Shown here: in pieces, positions 52,972-63,100 of the stretch
How the letters are laid out: each line of letters starts with the position of its first letter
Position numbering within the stretch: position 1 is the first letter of the stretch
Origin: Pelagomonas calceolata
Lineage: Eukaryota
Direction: 5' to 3'
Assembly: GCA_918797485.1 (NCBI GenBank)
Contig: CAKKNE010000001.1
Location: forward strand, 4,836,001-4,900,000
DNA length: 64,000 nucleotides
Notes under the pieces: model-generated
Told to the model about the DNA's origin: nothing
What the model saw: only the letters and a program-made list of their open reading frames with translations
Database searches by the model: none
Made by a program: the position numbers and the translations under genes

Positions 52972-53569
52972 CTTTTTCCGGATACGTCTCCAAATCCTGT
53001 GTGGCGGTCAGGGGGAGGCTTATATGCATAGTTGCAGCATAATTATGGCTGCGGGCAGCCATGGATCCTCGTATAACGGAGGGATACCCTGAGGCCCATT
53101 CACCGACCTGTCTTCCTGGAACGCGATCCACGGGCAACAACAACATGAACGAAGCGTGGGAAGAGACCTCCGTAATAACAAGGGCGGATTTCCGAATGAC
53201 TTGGCAAGCAAAGAGGTACGTCGACAGCCAAGTCTATTTGTAGCACGCCTGCGCCTGCATCCAACCGCGTAAATTTGCTTCACGGCAGTCACCGGTGCAC
53301 ACATACCCCCTGCCGGCATCAACTTTTGCAAGCGCGCGCGCATGGCTGCGCAATAACTCAGCGATCACAGCCCAGCTGGATCATGGCTTTGCACGCGCCG
53401 ACGCATGCAGCACCGATGGCTGCACCCCGCTTGCGGCACCCGTGATTGCATGCGCCGCGCGCCTGCGGCAAAAACCGCTGTATCGAGACACACCACAACA
53501 AAAGCGCGCCCCGCCGCGGCCTTCCGAACAAACTCATAACGTCCCCGCCCCTCCGCAGCCAATAAAAAC

Positions 53570-54862
53570 ATGAAGGCCGTCATCCTCGCCCTCGCGCTCT
53601 CCTGCGCCGGCGCCTTCGCGCCGGTCAACAAGGCCGCCGTGCGCGCGCCGGTCGAGCTCGAGGCCAAGAAGTCCGTCGCGGACCTCTCCGAGGCGGACCT
53701 CAAGGGCAAGAAGGTCCTCATCCGCTGCGACCTCAACGTCCCCATCAAGGAGGGCGTCATCGGCGACGACACGCGCATCCGCGCGTCCGTCCCGACGGTC
53801 AAGTACCTCCTCGACAAGGGCGCCAAGGTCGCGATGTGCTCGCACCTCGGCCGGCCCAAGGACGGGCCCGAGGACAAGTTCTCGCTCGGCCCCGTGGCCA
53901 CGCGCATGGGCGAGCAGCTCGGCAAGGCCGTGAAGATGGCCCCCGACTGCATCGGCGACGAGGTCGCCTCGATCGTCGACGGCATGGGCGACGGCGAGGC
54001 CCTCCTCCTCGAGAACACGCGCTTCTACAAGGAGGAGACCAAGAACGACGCCGCCTTCGTCGAGAAGCTCGCGGCCCCCTTCGACCTCTTCGTCAACGAC
54101 GCGTTCGGCACGGCCCACCGCGCGCACGCGTCCACCGAGGGCGTCACGAAGTACCTCTCGCCCTCCGTCTCGGGCTACCTCCTCGCGAAGGAGCTCGAGT
54201 ACCTCGCCGGCGCCGTCGACGAGCCCGTCCGCCCCCTCGCCGCCATCGTCGGCGGCTCCAAGGTGTCCTCGAAGATCACGGTCCTCGAGTCGCTCATCAA
54301 GAAGTGCGACAAGGTCATCGTCGGCGGCGGCATGACCTTCACCTTCCTCAAGGCCCAGGGCAAGGCCGTCGGCACGTCGCTCGTCGAGGATGACTTCATC
54401 CAGACGGCCAAGGACGCCATGAAGCTCGCCGAGGAGAAGGGCTGCGAGCTCATCTTCCCGAACGAGATCCTCGTCGCCGACGCCTTCGACGCCAACGCCA
54501 ACACCCAGGTCGTGTCCTCGGACGCGATCCCCGACGGCTGGATGGGCCTCGACAACGGCCCGGCGGCCACGAAGATGATCCAGGACAAGCTCGCGGACTG
54601 CAAGACCGTCATCTGGAACGGCCCCATGGGCGTCTTCGAGATGGACGCCTTCGCCAAGGGCACCTTCGCCATCTGCGACACGCTCAAGGAGCTCACGGAG
54701 AAGGGCGCCATCACGATCATCGGCGGCGGCGACTCCGTCGCGGCCGTCGAGAAGGCGGGCCTCGCCGACGCCATGTCGCACATCTCCACGGGCGGCGGCG
54801 CGTCGCTCGAGCTCCTCGAGGGCAAGGTCCTCCCGGGCGTCGCCGCGCTCGACGAGGCCTAA
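53570..54862 (+). CDS. PGK: Phosphoglycerate kinase, plastid-targeted
   Basis: Presequence with [60 protein letters not shown]. Confidence 0.98.
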   Translation: MKAVILALALSCAGAFAPVNKAAVRAPVELEAKKSVADLSEADLKGKKVLIRCDLNVPIKEGVIGDDTRIRASVPTVKYLLDKGAKVAMCSHLGRPKDGPEDKFSLGPVATRMGEQLGKAVKMAPDCIGDEVASIVDGMGDGEALLLENTRFYKEETKNDAAFVEKLAAPFDLFVNDAFGTAHRAHASTEGVTKYLSPSVSGYLLAKELEYLAGAVDEPVRPLAAIVGGSKVSSKITVLESLIKKCDKVIVGGGMTFTFLKAQGKAVGTSLVEDDFIQTAKDAMKLAEEKGCELIFPNEILVADAFDANANTQVVSSDAIPDGWMGLDNGPAATKMIQDKLADCKTVIWNGPMGVFEMDAFAKGTFAICDTLKELTEKGAITIIGGGDSVAAVEKAGLADAMSHISTGGGASLELLEGKVLPGVAALDEA

Positions 54863-54964
54863 ACGCGGCCTCCGCACCCCTATGTATGGCGCTGGCGCAT
54901 ACGGCGCTGCGCGGTAACAATTTCGTTATAGTCTACCCACCGTGTCACGTACGTCACAACAAAC

Positions 54965-55872
54965 TTATATCCTAAGGCTCCCGACCTCGCCCGCGAGCGC
55001 GTCGTCGACGTCCTCGCGCGGCGCCTGCGCCTTCTGGCGCGCGCGCGCGAGATCGGCGGCGCGGCAGCATTTTTTGTAGCGCTTGCCGCTGCCACACGGG
55101 CAGGGGCCCTTCGGCGCCTTGGACGCCTTGAGGGGCTTCGGCGGTCGGTCCTCGGGCGCCTCGACGGGCTCCGGGCTCGCCGGGCGGGGCGCCTCCGCTC
55201 CGATGTGCGGCAGGCCCGACGAGGGCTCGGCCGAATAGTCGTCCTTGAGCCGCACGGAGTTGTAGTGCGCCTCGCCGTGGTACGACAGGTGGACCGTCCG
55301 CGTCGCGCTATTGTCGTCGGCGCAGATTTCGAACTTCGGCGCCTCGAGCTGGTGCACGACGACGTTGACAGATCGCAGGTTCGCGGCCGCGACTAACTCC
55401 AAATTCCCACCCCACCTGCGCGAACAAAAGCGTCGCGGGCACGACGCGTCCACCTTCACGCCATCGACGCGAGCCACAAAGTGCGTGACGCAGACGCGCA
55501 CTCGCCGTCGCGTCCGAGCCTTGCCAAATAGTCGTCCCAGTCTTCATCATCTTCAACGAACCACTTGAAGCGCTCCTCGTCGCGCCGCATGAATGCGACG
55601 ATTTCATCTCTATACTTGCCGTGGTGCTTCGCCGAGCCCTCGACCTGGTCCGCCAGCGCTCGGAACAAGCAATTGCCGTCGGCGTCGACTTCATTGACTC
55701 TCAGTCCTGCGGCGGCTAATTGCGCGGCGAAGCGCTTGTCTTCGTCGTCGGTGTAGCGGTCCCGGTCTTTCCGCCGCCGCTTTCGCTCCTCGCGCTCGGC
55801 CTTCTTGTTCTTTTGTTGCGCCGCCTTCTCGGCGCGCTTTTTCTGCTGCTTGGGCTTGCCGCCCTTCGGCAT
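54965..55872 (-). CDS. OTU deubiquitinase (OTUD3-like) with C-terminal SEC-C motif; intron 55416-55501
   Basis: DADGNCLFRALADQ, DGE/WGGNLEL after splicing, HYNSVR, PCPCGSGKRYKKCC. Confidence 0.9.
55416..55501 (-). mobile_element. Highly degenerate introner-derived 86-nt GT-AG intron
   Basis: CTGCG 8 nt after the donor, CGCAG end, core CGCGTCGATGGCGTG; TSD barely detectable. Confidence 0.55.
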
Positions 55873-56121
55873 TTTTTACCGTATTAGTGGCGGCGCGTGG
55901 CACATCGTGTTATGCTGCTTGTGTGGTGGCCGCAGCGACGGCGTATTGCTGGCGTATATTGGCGCTGTGCAAGGCAGACCTTGCGTTGAGCACACTGAGA
56001 AGCCGGGTGAGCTCCAGCGCTGCAGGAACAGCTTCACCGGACTCGTGCTTTGCTTGGCACAGCCAGCTCACACAACTGACGTGACTAATAAGCGAGTTGT
56101 GCCGCGAGCCATTCGGCCGGG

Positions 56122-56143
56122 CTAGCGTTTTGTGACACACTAG
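56122..56143. promoter_or_regulatory. CTAGTG-N10-CGCTAG motif, reverse orientation
   Basis: Reverse complement CTAGTGTGTCACAAAACGCTAG between divergent genes. Confidence 0.5.
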
Positions 56144-56209
56144 GGCAGCATTTTTCACGCGCGGCGCTGCGGCCGTGTAGCGCCATCGACGCGCTCCCGG
56201 GCAGCCTCC

Positions 56210-56614
56210 ATGGCCTCCGACGGTGACGAGTCCAGCCCGTCGGGAACGATCCGGGACCTCCTGGTGGAGCTGCCAGATGGGGACTACATGTACAAGCATG
56301 CGGAGGCGCCGACGCGGGACCTGGAGTACGAAGAGCTCGCGCGCGTCGTAGAAGCCGCCCGCTCGTTAAATTTCTACGAGAGGGCGCGGCCCTGGGACGA
56401 CCTGCGACGAATCATGAAACGAAAAGCAGTCGCCTCGGTGCGTGTAGACGATCGCGCCATGACCGATCTCGAGGCGCTGCGCCAATCCTGCGCGAAATTA
56501 CAAAAGCGCATCAGCCGGTTCGGCAAGGCGCAGCTTGACGCGCTCCCGAAGGGGGAAGTACTCGTGAAGGCTCTTCGCACTTACGTCGCTCCGGACGCCT
56601 CCCGCCTCGCGTAA
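56210..56614 (+). CDS. Hypothetical protein, 134 aa
   Basis: ATG-initiated ORF with coding-like composition downstream of the upstream motif. Confidence 0.55.
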   Translation: MASDGDESSPSGTIRDLLVELPDGDYMYKHAEAPTRDLEYEELARVVEAARSLNFYERARPWDDLRRIMKRKAVASVRVDDRAMTDLEALRQSCAKLQKRISRFGKAQLDALPKGEVLVKALRTYVAPDASRLA

Positions 56615-56862
56615 GGCCTGTTTTGTTGTGGAGTTGTTTCGCGTCGAAATCGTATGATACGAGTCCGTTCGCGGGCAAATCCGTCGAGCCGAAACAAATC
56701 GGGTTTTGGGGGCAAATCGGTGCGTGATTTTGGGCTTGTTGCTCGCGCCTGCCAGTGAATAAGGCTGCGTAGCATCACTTATGATCGCTGTGCCCTGCAC
56801 TTCAGCATCTTAGGCAAGAGCAGCGCTCAGGAGGGCAAATCAGTAAAGGCACAGTGGCCTAG

Positions 56863-58632
56863 ATGAATTGGCCGGGGGGACAGCGGGACTCCACGGTGGA
56901 CAATCGACCGAGCTGGATGACCGCTCCGCCACCTGCACCAGTTAGTCCCGCGAAAGCCATCAAGCGCCCGAACCCGAGCCGGTTCCAGGCGCCGGCGCCG
57001 GCGCCGGTTGTTGCTCCGCCAGTGCCCGTGGCTGCGCCGGTTGCCGCGCCGTCTGTGCCGCTCGCCGCCCGAGCACCGCCGGCCAACCACTACGGCCCGG
57101 CGCCGCCCCAGGCGCCGCCGGCGGCGCGCGGCCGCTGCGGCACCGCGCTCGACTACCGCACGCGGCTTTGCAAGCACTGGCTCGCGTCCGGCGGCACGTA
57201 TTGCCCCTACGGCGCGCGCTGCGACTTCGCGCACGGCGAGGACCAGCTCCTGCGGTACTACGCCCCACATCCGCCGCCGTATACGGGATCGCAGCACGGG
57301 CAGCCGCCCTCGCCGCCACGCGGCCGAAGCCGGTCCCGCGGGCGCCGCCGCGGCGGGCACTCTCGACGCCGCCGGAGCCCCTCGTCGTCGCGGTCGTCCT
57401 CGTCATCATCTTCCTCGTCGTCGTCGTCCGGGCGGCGCTCGCGGTCACGCTCGCCGCGCCGCAACCGTTACGACACGGCGCTGCCGCGGCACGGGCAGCC
57501 GCCAGCACGGGCGCGCAGCCCGTCGCCCGCGCCGGGCCTCGGACCACGACCGAAACGGCGCCACCTCGTCGCGGCGGCGGAGGCAGCGCCCGCGCCCGCT
57601 GAGGACGACTTCGACGAGCTGTACTCGGAGGTGGCCGCGCCGGCGCCCGCCGCCGACGCCGAGGAGGACGAGTTCGCCGTCAAGTTAGGAATGAGGACGG
57701 CTCCGGCGCCGGTGTCCGCCGCCGCGCCGGTCGCTACTGATGACGACTGGGGATCCGCGAGCTTCGGGATGGCGCCGAAGCCGGCACCGGCGCCAGCCAA
57801 CGCGTCGGAGGCCGTGGCCGTTGACGCGCTGGACACCGCCGACGACGACGACGACGCTGATTTCACGGTGAAATTGGGGATGAAGAGGCCCGCTGAGCCT
57901 TCGTCGCCAGACGATGAATCCGAGCCGTCGCCGGCGCACGTGTCGCAGGAGGCCGCGCCGTCGCCGGCCCCGGCCGCCGCCGAGGCCGCGCCGCCGGCGT
58001 GGGAGCAGAGCGCCCGCGAGCTGCTCGAGGCGGTGCGGGGGAAGGGCCTCCTCGAAATCCGGTCGGCGCTGACCAAGCACAAATTCAAATGCGGCCCCCG
58101 AGTCCACGGCTCGTCCTATTTTTGTTTCGAAGCGCCGGGGCACTATCCGTGCGTCTACGACATCATCGGCGAGCGGTACAAGGACTCGAAGACGGCCACA
58201 GCCAAAAGCTCCATGCGCATGCGCTCCCATCCACAACTCATCATGTACCTCGAAGGAGCGCTCGCACGCGGCGCCTCGGTGCGCCTCGAGTCGGCCTGGG
58301 ACTGGGCGGCGCACACTGGTTCGCGGTCGAGGAGCCGCTCGCCGGCGCAATTGGAGCCGACGACGGCGCCGTCGTCGCCGCCGCGCACGCCGCCGCCGAA
58401 GCGCGCGTCGACGGCCGAGCCGACGACCGTCTACGAGTGGTGCGAATCGAAGAAATGGACGCCAACGACCGCGCGCTACCGAGACATCGTCATGTGCTGC
58501 GACGACCTGGACGCGCTCGCGAGCTTCTGGGACCACCCCGACCGGGAGGAAGTGCTCGCGGACTGGTCCACGCTCGCGCGATCGATACTGAGGCGTGGGA
58601 TCAAGGAGCTACAGGCGGCGCGGGCTAAGTGA
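56863..58632 (+). CDS. CCCH zinc-finger protein with RS-rich and Pro-rich regions
   Basis: YRTRLCKHWLASGGTYCPYGARCDFAHGEDQL; RSRSRSPRR. Confidence 0.85.
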   Translation: MNWPGGQRDSTVDNRPSWMTAPPPAPVSPAKAIKRPNPSRFQAPAPAPVVAPPVPVAAPVAAPSVPLAARAPPANHYGPAPPQAPPAARGRCGTALDYRTRLCKHWLASGGTYCPYGARCDFAHGEDQLLRYYAPHPPPYTGSQHGQPPSPPRGRSRSRGRRRGGHSRRRRSPSSSRSSSSSSSSSSSSGRRSRSRSPRRNRYDTALPRHGQPPARARSPSPAPGLGPRPKRRHLVAAAEAAPAPAEDDFDELYSEVAAPAPAADAEEDEFAVKLGMRTAPAPVSAAAPVATDDDWGSASFGMAPKPAPAPANASEAVAVDALDTADDDDDADFTVKLGMKRPAEPSSPDDESEPSPAHVSQEAAPSPAPAAAEAAPPAWEQSARELLEAVRGKGLLEIRSALTKHKFKCGPRVHGSSYFCFEAPGHYPCVYDIIGERYKDSKTATAKSSMRMRSHPQLIMYLEGALARGASVRLESAWDWAAHTGSRSRSRSPAQLEPTTAPSSPPRTPPPKRASTAEPTTVYEWCESKKWTPTTARYRDIVMCCDDLDALASFWDHPDREEVLADWSTLARSILRRGIKELQAARAK

Positions 58633-58639
58633 TTTTGTG

Positions 58640-58667
58640 TTAGCGGCCTGTACAGGTAAGACACTAG
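58640..58667. promoter_or_regulatory. Upstream motif with extended (16-nt) spacer, reverse orientation
   Basis: Reverse complement CTAGTGTCTTACCTGTACAGGCCGCTAA upstream of the nitrile hydratase gene. Confidence 0.45.
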
Positions 58668-58812
58668 CAATTCGCAGAGCATGAGCTTTGCTCGCTCTGT
58701 GTGCGCCACTGGGGCAACGGCTGCATGCCAGAGTTTTGGTACAGGGCCAAGGCATCCTTGTGCTCCAGTCTAGCCCAAAAGACGCATCGCTAAGACCTCT
58801 TGCTGGTGACAA

Positions 58813-60171
58813 ATGATTGCACACTACTGCGGTCGTGCTCTGCGGCGCCTCACGACGCTGCCACGGCACTTCGCGTCGTCGACGTCGCTGCCCGTCGACG
58901 ACGGGTGCGGCCAATGGCCCGTAGGCGTCGGCAGAGGGTCGAAATCGCCGGGCTACAGCGGCGTGCACGACGTCGGTGGTATAGAATCACTGCTGGCCGT
59001 GAGACTCGACACGCGCGAGCGACCCTACGATTACTGGGAGCGGACGACGCATGCGCTCTTGGTTACGCTGATCGGCAAGCGGCATCTGACCGTGGACCAA
59101 CTGCGCCGTGCGGTTGAGCAACTCCACCCAGAGCACTACGCGGCGTTCGGCTATTATGAGAAATGGGCCGCCGCGATGGCGCAGCTCGCCGTCGAATCTG
59201 GGCTCATCCAGAGCGGCGCGCTCGCGGACCCAGTACGAGACCCGCCGCCGGCCAAATTTCACGTCGGCGACACGGTCGTGGTCCGCGAGGAGGTGCTTGC
59301 TTCGCGGTGGCGGAAGCCACACCTTCGAGTCCCGGGGTACGCCTTTGGTGCAAGCGGCGTCGTCGAGCGCGTCTGTGGCGCCTTTAGTGACCCCGAGACC
59401 CTCGCCTTTTCGCGGCCGGGCGAAGATGTGCCGAAACAGAATTTATATCGCGTCCGCTTCGAGTCCGCCGCGCTGTGGCCCGAGGCGGCGGCGTCGTCGA
59501 CGGACACCGTCGACGTGGAAGTCTACGAGAGCTGGCTGGCGGCGGCGCCGACCGCGCATGACCACGATCACGAGCATGAGGACGAGGGACCCTACACGCC
59601 CGCGCGGCGCCTGGCCGATCAATTACTAGATGCGTTGGTTATGGAGGGAGTCGTGTCGCGCGAGGAGCTGCGGCAAGCCGTCGAGCGCCTGGACGCGATC
59701 GGTACGCAGCAGGAGGGACCGCGCCTGGTCGCGCGCGCGTGGGTCGACCCAGACTTTCGGAATCTGCTCCTGCGGGACGCGACGGCCGCGGCGGGGGAGC
59801 TCGGCATCGCGGCGGTGAACTCCACCGCACCCACAGTCTTGACGGCCGTCGAGAACACGCCGTCGGTGCACAATCTGATTGTGTGTACGCTCTGCTCCTG
59901 CTATCCTCTGAGCATCCTGGGCCTCTCGCCGCCGTGGTACAAGTCCCGCGTCTTTCGCGCGCGCGCGGTGCGCGAGCCGAGGCGACTCCTGAGCCAGGAG
60001 TTCGGGCTGGCGATACCGGACGACGTCGCCGTGCGCGTGCACGACTCCACCGCGGACCTCCGATACATCGTCCTCCCGCGGCGACCGGCCGGGACCGAGG
60101 GCTGGTCGGAGGCGGACCTCGCCGCCCTCGTCACGCGGGACACGATGATCGGGACGGCTGTGTGTAATTAG
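58813..60171 (+). CDS. Fused beta-alpha nitrile hydratase, cobalt type
   Basis: Beta: GVHDVGG, YYEKWAAA, FHVGDTV, HLRVPGY..G..GVV, YRVRF..LWP, VEVYESWL. Linker HDHDHEHED. Alpha: GPRLVARAWVDPDFR, VCTLCSCYP, PPWYKS..RARAVREPR, VHDSTADLRYIVLP. Confidence 0.95.
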   Translation: MIAHYCGRALRRLTTLPRHFASSTSLPVDDGCGQWPVGVGRGSKSPGYSGVHDVGGIESLLAVRLDTRERPYDYWERTTHALLVTLIGKRHLTVDQLRRAVEQLHPEHYAAFGYYEKWAAAMAQLAVESGLIQSGALADPVRDPPPAKFHVGDTVVVREEVLASRWRKPHLRVPGYAFGASGVVERVCGAFSDPETLAFSRPGEDVPKQNLYRVRFESAALWPEAAASSTDTVDVEVYESWLAAAPTAHDHDHEHEDEGPYTPARRLADQLLDALVMEGVVSREELRQAVERLDAIGTQQEGPRLVARAWVDPDFRNLLLRDATAAAGELGIAAVNSTAPTVLTAVENTPSVHNLIVCTLCSCYPLSILGLSPPWYKSRVFRARAVREPRRLLSQEFGLAIPDDVAVRVHDSTADLRYIVLPRRPAGTEGWSEADLAALVTRDTMIGTAVCN

Positions 60172-60196
60172 TGTTTCTGAAAACGCCACCTTACGC

Positions 60197-63100
60197 CTAG
60201 GCGACGAGCAACCGGAGCAGGAAGACCTCCTCGGACTGGTCGTGCTCCGAGTTGACGTAGAGGAGGCACTGCAGCATGCCGCGCCGGTGCACGGCGGGGA
60301 AGTAGAGCCGCAGGTACTCGACGCCGTTCGGCGGGATCGTGACCCGCGCGCCGCCGTCGCGCGGTCTCAGAACGTTCTCGTCCGACGAGACCAGGCCGAA
60401 CGACTTGGGCCGGTTCCAGGGGTTTCGATACGGAATGCGCTTGGTCGCGGCCTTGCCCAACGACAGCTCGACATCATAAGTTTTCGTAATTGTGGGCTGC
60501 GAGCTGACAGCGGTCATGAGCCACGCCGCCACCAATTCATGAGTGTCCGTGTCGACGAGGTGGACGTGGACGCGCGCGGCGCCGCCCTCGCGCGCCCGAT
60601 AGTGCACGGCGAACTTGTTGTGCGCGTGGGGCACCAACCTAAAGTCCTGGGGCGGGTCGAAGGTCGCGTCTCCAATCGACGCGCCGCCGGCCGGCGCCGC
60701 GTACGCGCGCACGACTCTGGGAGTGCGGTCGCCCCTTACGACCAACTCGACGCCCGCGGCCTGGCCCGCGACGCCGGCCAAATCCGCTCTGAGTCTCGAA
60801 TGGACGACGACGTGCCACATCTCCGCCAATCGAGCGCAGAACCGGTCGCGGAACACGAGCACGAAGAACTCGCCGACACTGGGAAAGGCGCCGACCCGGG
60901 CATATTTGAGCAGCACCTCGTGCGCCCCGGGGCAGTCCTGGGACTCGCGCCATTGGATACTGACATCGGACGCATCACCTCGGCCAGTGCCGACGCAGTG
61001 CACGTACATGGACCGGTCATCCGTTGCCCTAGGTGCGCCGGCCTGGGCGGCCCAGCCGCCCAACGCTCCTAAATCTTCCATCGGCGCCGGTGCGTTGGGC
61101 ATCACTCGCACACACCTCTTCAGGATCTCGCCCTCGGCCTGGTAAAATCTAAACGTCCGATCGACGACACACGCGCGTTGTCTAGCTGTGACTTCCGTCG
61201 CCGCCACGACAAACCCGCCGGCGGCCACGAACCGCACGGGCACCGTCCTCGCATCATCCTCCTTATCGTCGTCGCGGCCCCAGCGCAGATCGTGCGACGG
61301 CGGCGTCAAAGACAAAAACGCGAAGGGGATGCGCACGGTCTCGCGCGCCATCAGTAAGACCATGGGCGGCGCGCCCGGCGGGCCGGAACCGTCGATCATG
61401 TCCGCCTCGACCGCTCCTTGACCCACGGTCCCGAACGCCACGGGCACATTGCGTCTCAGATGCTGCCACTCCTCCGCCGATGTGACCACCCTGAGCTCCT
61501 TCTCGCCCTTGGGCACGTCGACGGCGAACCGCTCGGCCCTCCCAAAAGGGTTGGTTAATTCGACCTCGAACCAACAAGTAGTGCCGAACCTGGGGTAGAT
61601 TTGCACGGCACTCAGCATGGACTTGGCGAGCATGCCCCGCACCATCTCCTTCTTCGCGCCTTCTCTATACCATTGCGTGAGGGCCAACTCGTCCCACTCG
61701 TCCGTCAGGTTCGAGTCTGGGGAAGGCCCCTTTAACAATCTTCTGGCTCGTGAGGGCGCGGCACCACCTCTCACGCGAGCCAATTGCCTCAACTGCCTCT
61801 CCCTAAGAGCGTCGCCGGCCTCCCTCCTAGTATCTTTGGGCACGCCGCCAGCATCCACAAGACTCAACCCGAGCTGCATCAGGAACTGCACAAAATCAGA
61901 CCGTACGATACTACCAGAGTTGTCCCGGTCGTACTGCGACGCGAGTAAGCGCACGTCGCCGCCGCGCGCCGCCACCTCCCGCGCCGCCCTCCTGAGTTTC
62001 TTCTCGATGGCGCGGACGTCAGGATCGCTGCTGAACTCGTAGGTCTGGGCCACCAAGTCCAAATCCTCGTCGTCGCCACCCTTCTCTACTGTTCTGGATG
62101 AGGCGGGCGCTTTCGAATTGCGGCAGAACGCGAGGAACTCTTTGATCGACACGTTCCCGTTTCTGTCAGAGTCTAGATCTCTCTTTACTAAATCTTGCAC
62201 GTCCCGCTTGTCTAACGAGTCGAAGATGCCGAGCTTGCTCAAGCCACCGAGTAATTCGTTGACCGAGAGTGAGCCGCTGTCGTCTTCGTCTAACGCTTCG
62301 AAGACCGAGCGTAGCGACGTGCCCTTCTGCTCCGTCCTCAGGAGCAATGCGCGCAGCTTCTCCCGCACCAGATCGGGGGAGTCGCCCTTCTTGATGATAT
62401 CTTTGCTATTCTTCGCCCGGTGGCTCTTGATGAAACTCCGTAATTCTCGCGCGTCGATGCCCCCGGAATCGTCCGCATCTAGGCTTCGTACTAACGCTCT
62501 AGCGTGCTTCTTGTCCAAGGAATCAAACACCTCACCTAGACCGCGTAAGCCGCGATACAATTCGTCGCCCGTGACGCGGCCGTCGCCGTTCCTATCAAGT
62601 CGCGCGATAAACCCATCGACGTCGCCGCCCTGGTCCTCGAAACTGATCAGTAAATCACCTAAATGGTCGGCGTCCTCGCTATCCACTTCCTGGGGTCCGT
62701 CGCGCGCCTCCCGCGCCAGCCTCACGAACTTTCGTAACTCGACCAGGTCCAAATCTCCGGAATTATCCTTGTCCAGGGCCTTGACGACGCGGCGCGCGTC
62801 GTCATCAGAGAAGTGCGCGAAGGTCTTGCCCAGTGATTTCAAGCCGCTCCGCAGCTGTCGCGCGTCGACCGCGCCGCTTCGATCAGTGTCCAGTTTCCTA
62901 AAAGCCACGGCCAGGTCGGCGCCGTCGTCCTCGAACGCTAACAGTAAGTCGGCGAAGGCTCGTAGCGCCGGATCTCGTAGCGCCGGGTGCGCCATGATTG
63001 TTAATGGAGGTGTCGGCGGTGAAGCCGACGGTTCTCCCAGATCTTGGGCGATCTCGTCCGGGCTTCCGACGCCGCCCCTTTTCGCGAAGGCTGTTACTAC

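Noticed and set aside
52898..53500. Short ORFs between LSM7 and PGK
   Set aside because: No coding codon bias or motifs; treated as divergent promoter DNA.
53534..54877. 447-aa antisense ORF over PGK
   Set aside because: Shadow frame caused by extreme GC3 codon bias; no recognisable motifs.
3399..55501. Dispersed repeats considered as CRISPR, tRNA or ncRNA genes
   Set aside because: Not arrayed, no cas genes, no cloverleaf; they are explained as TIR elements inside genes.
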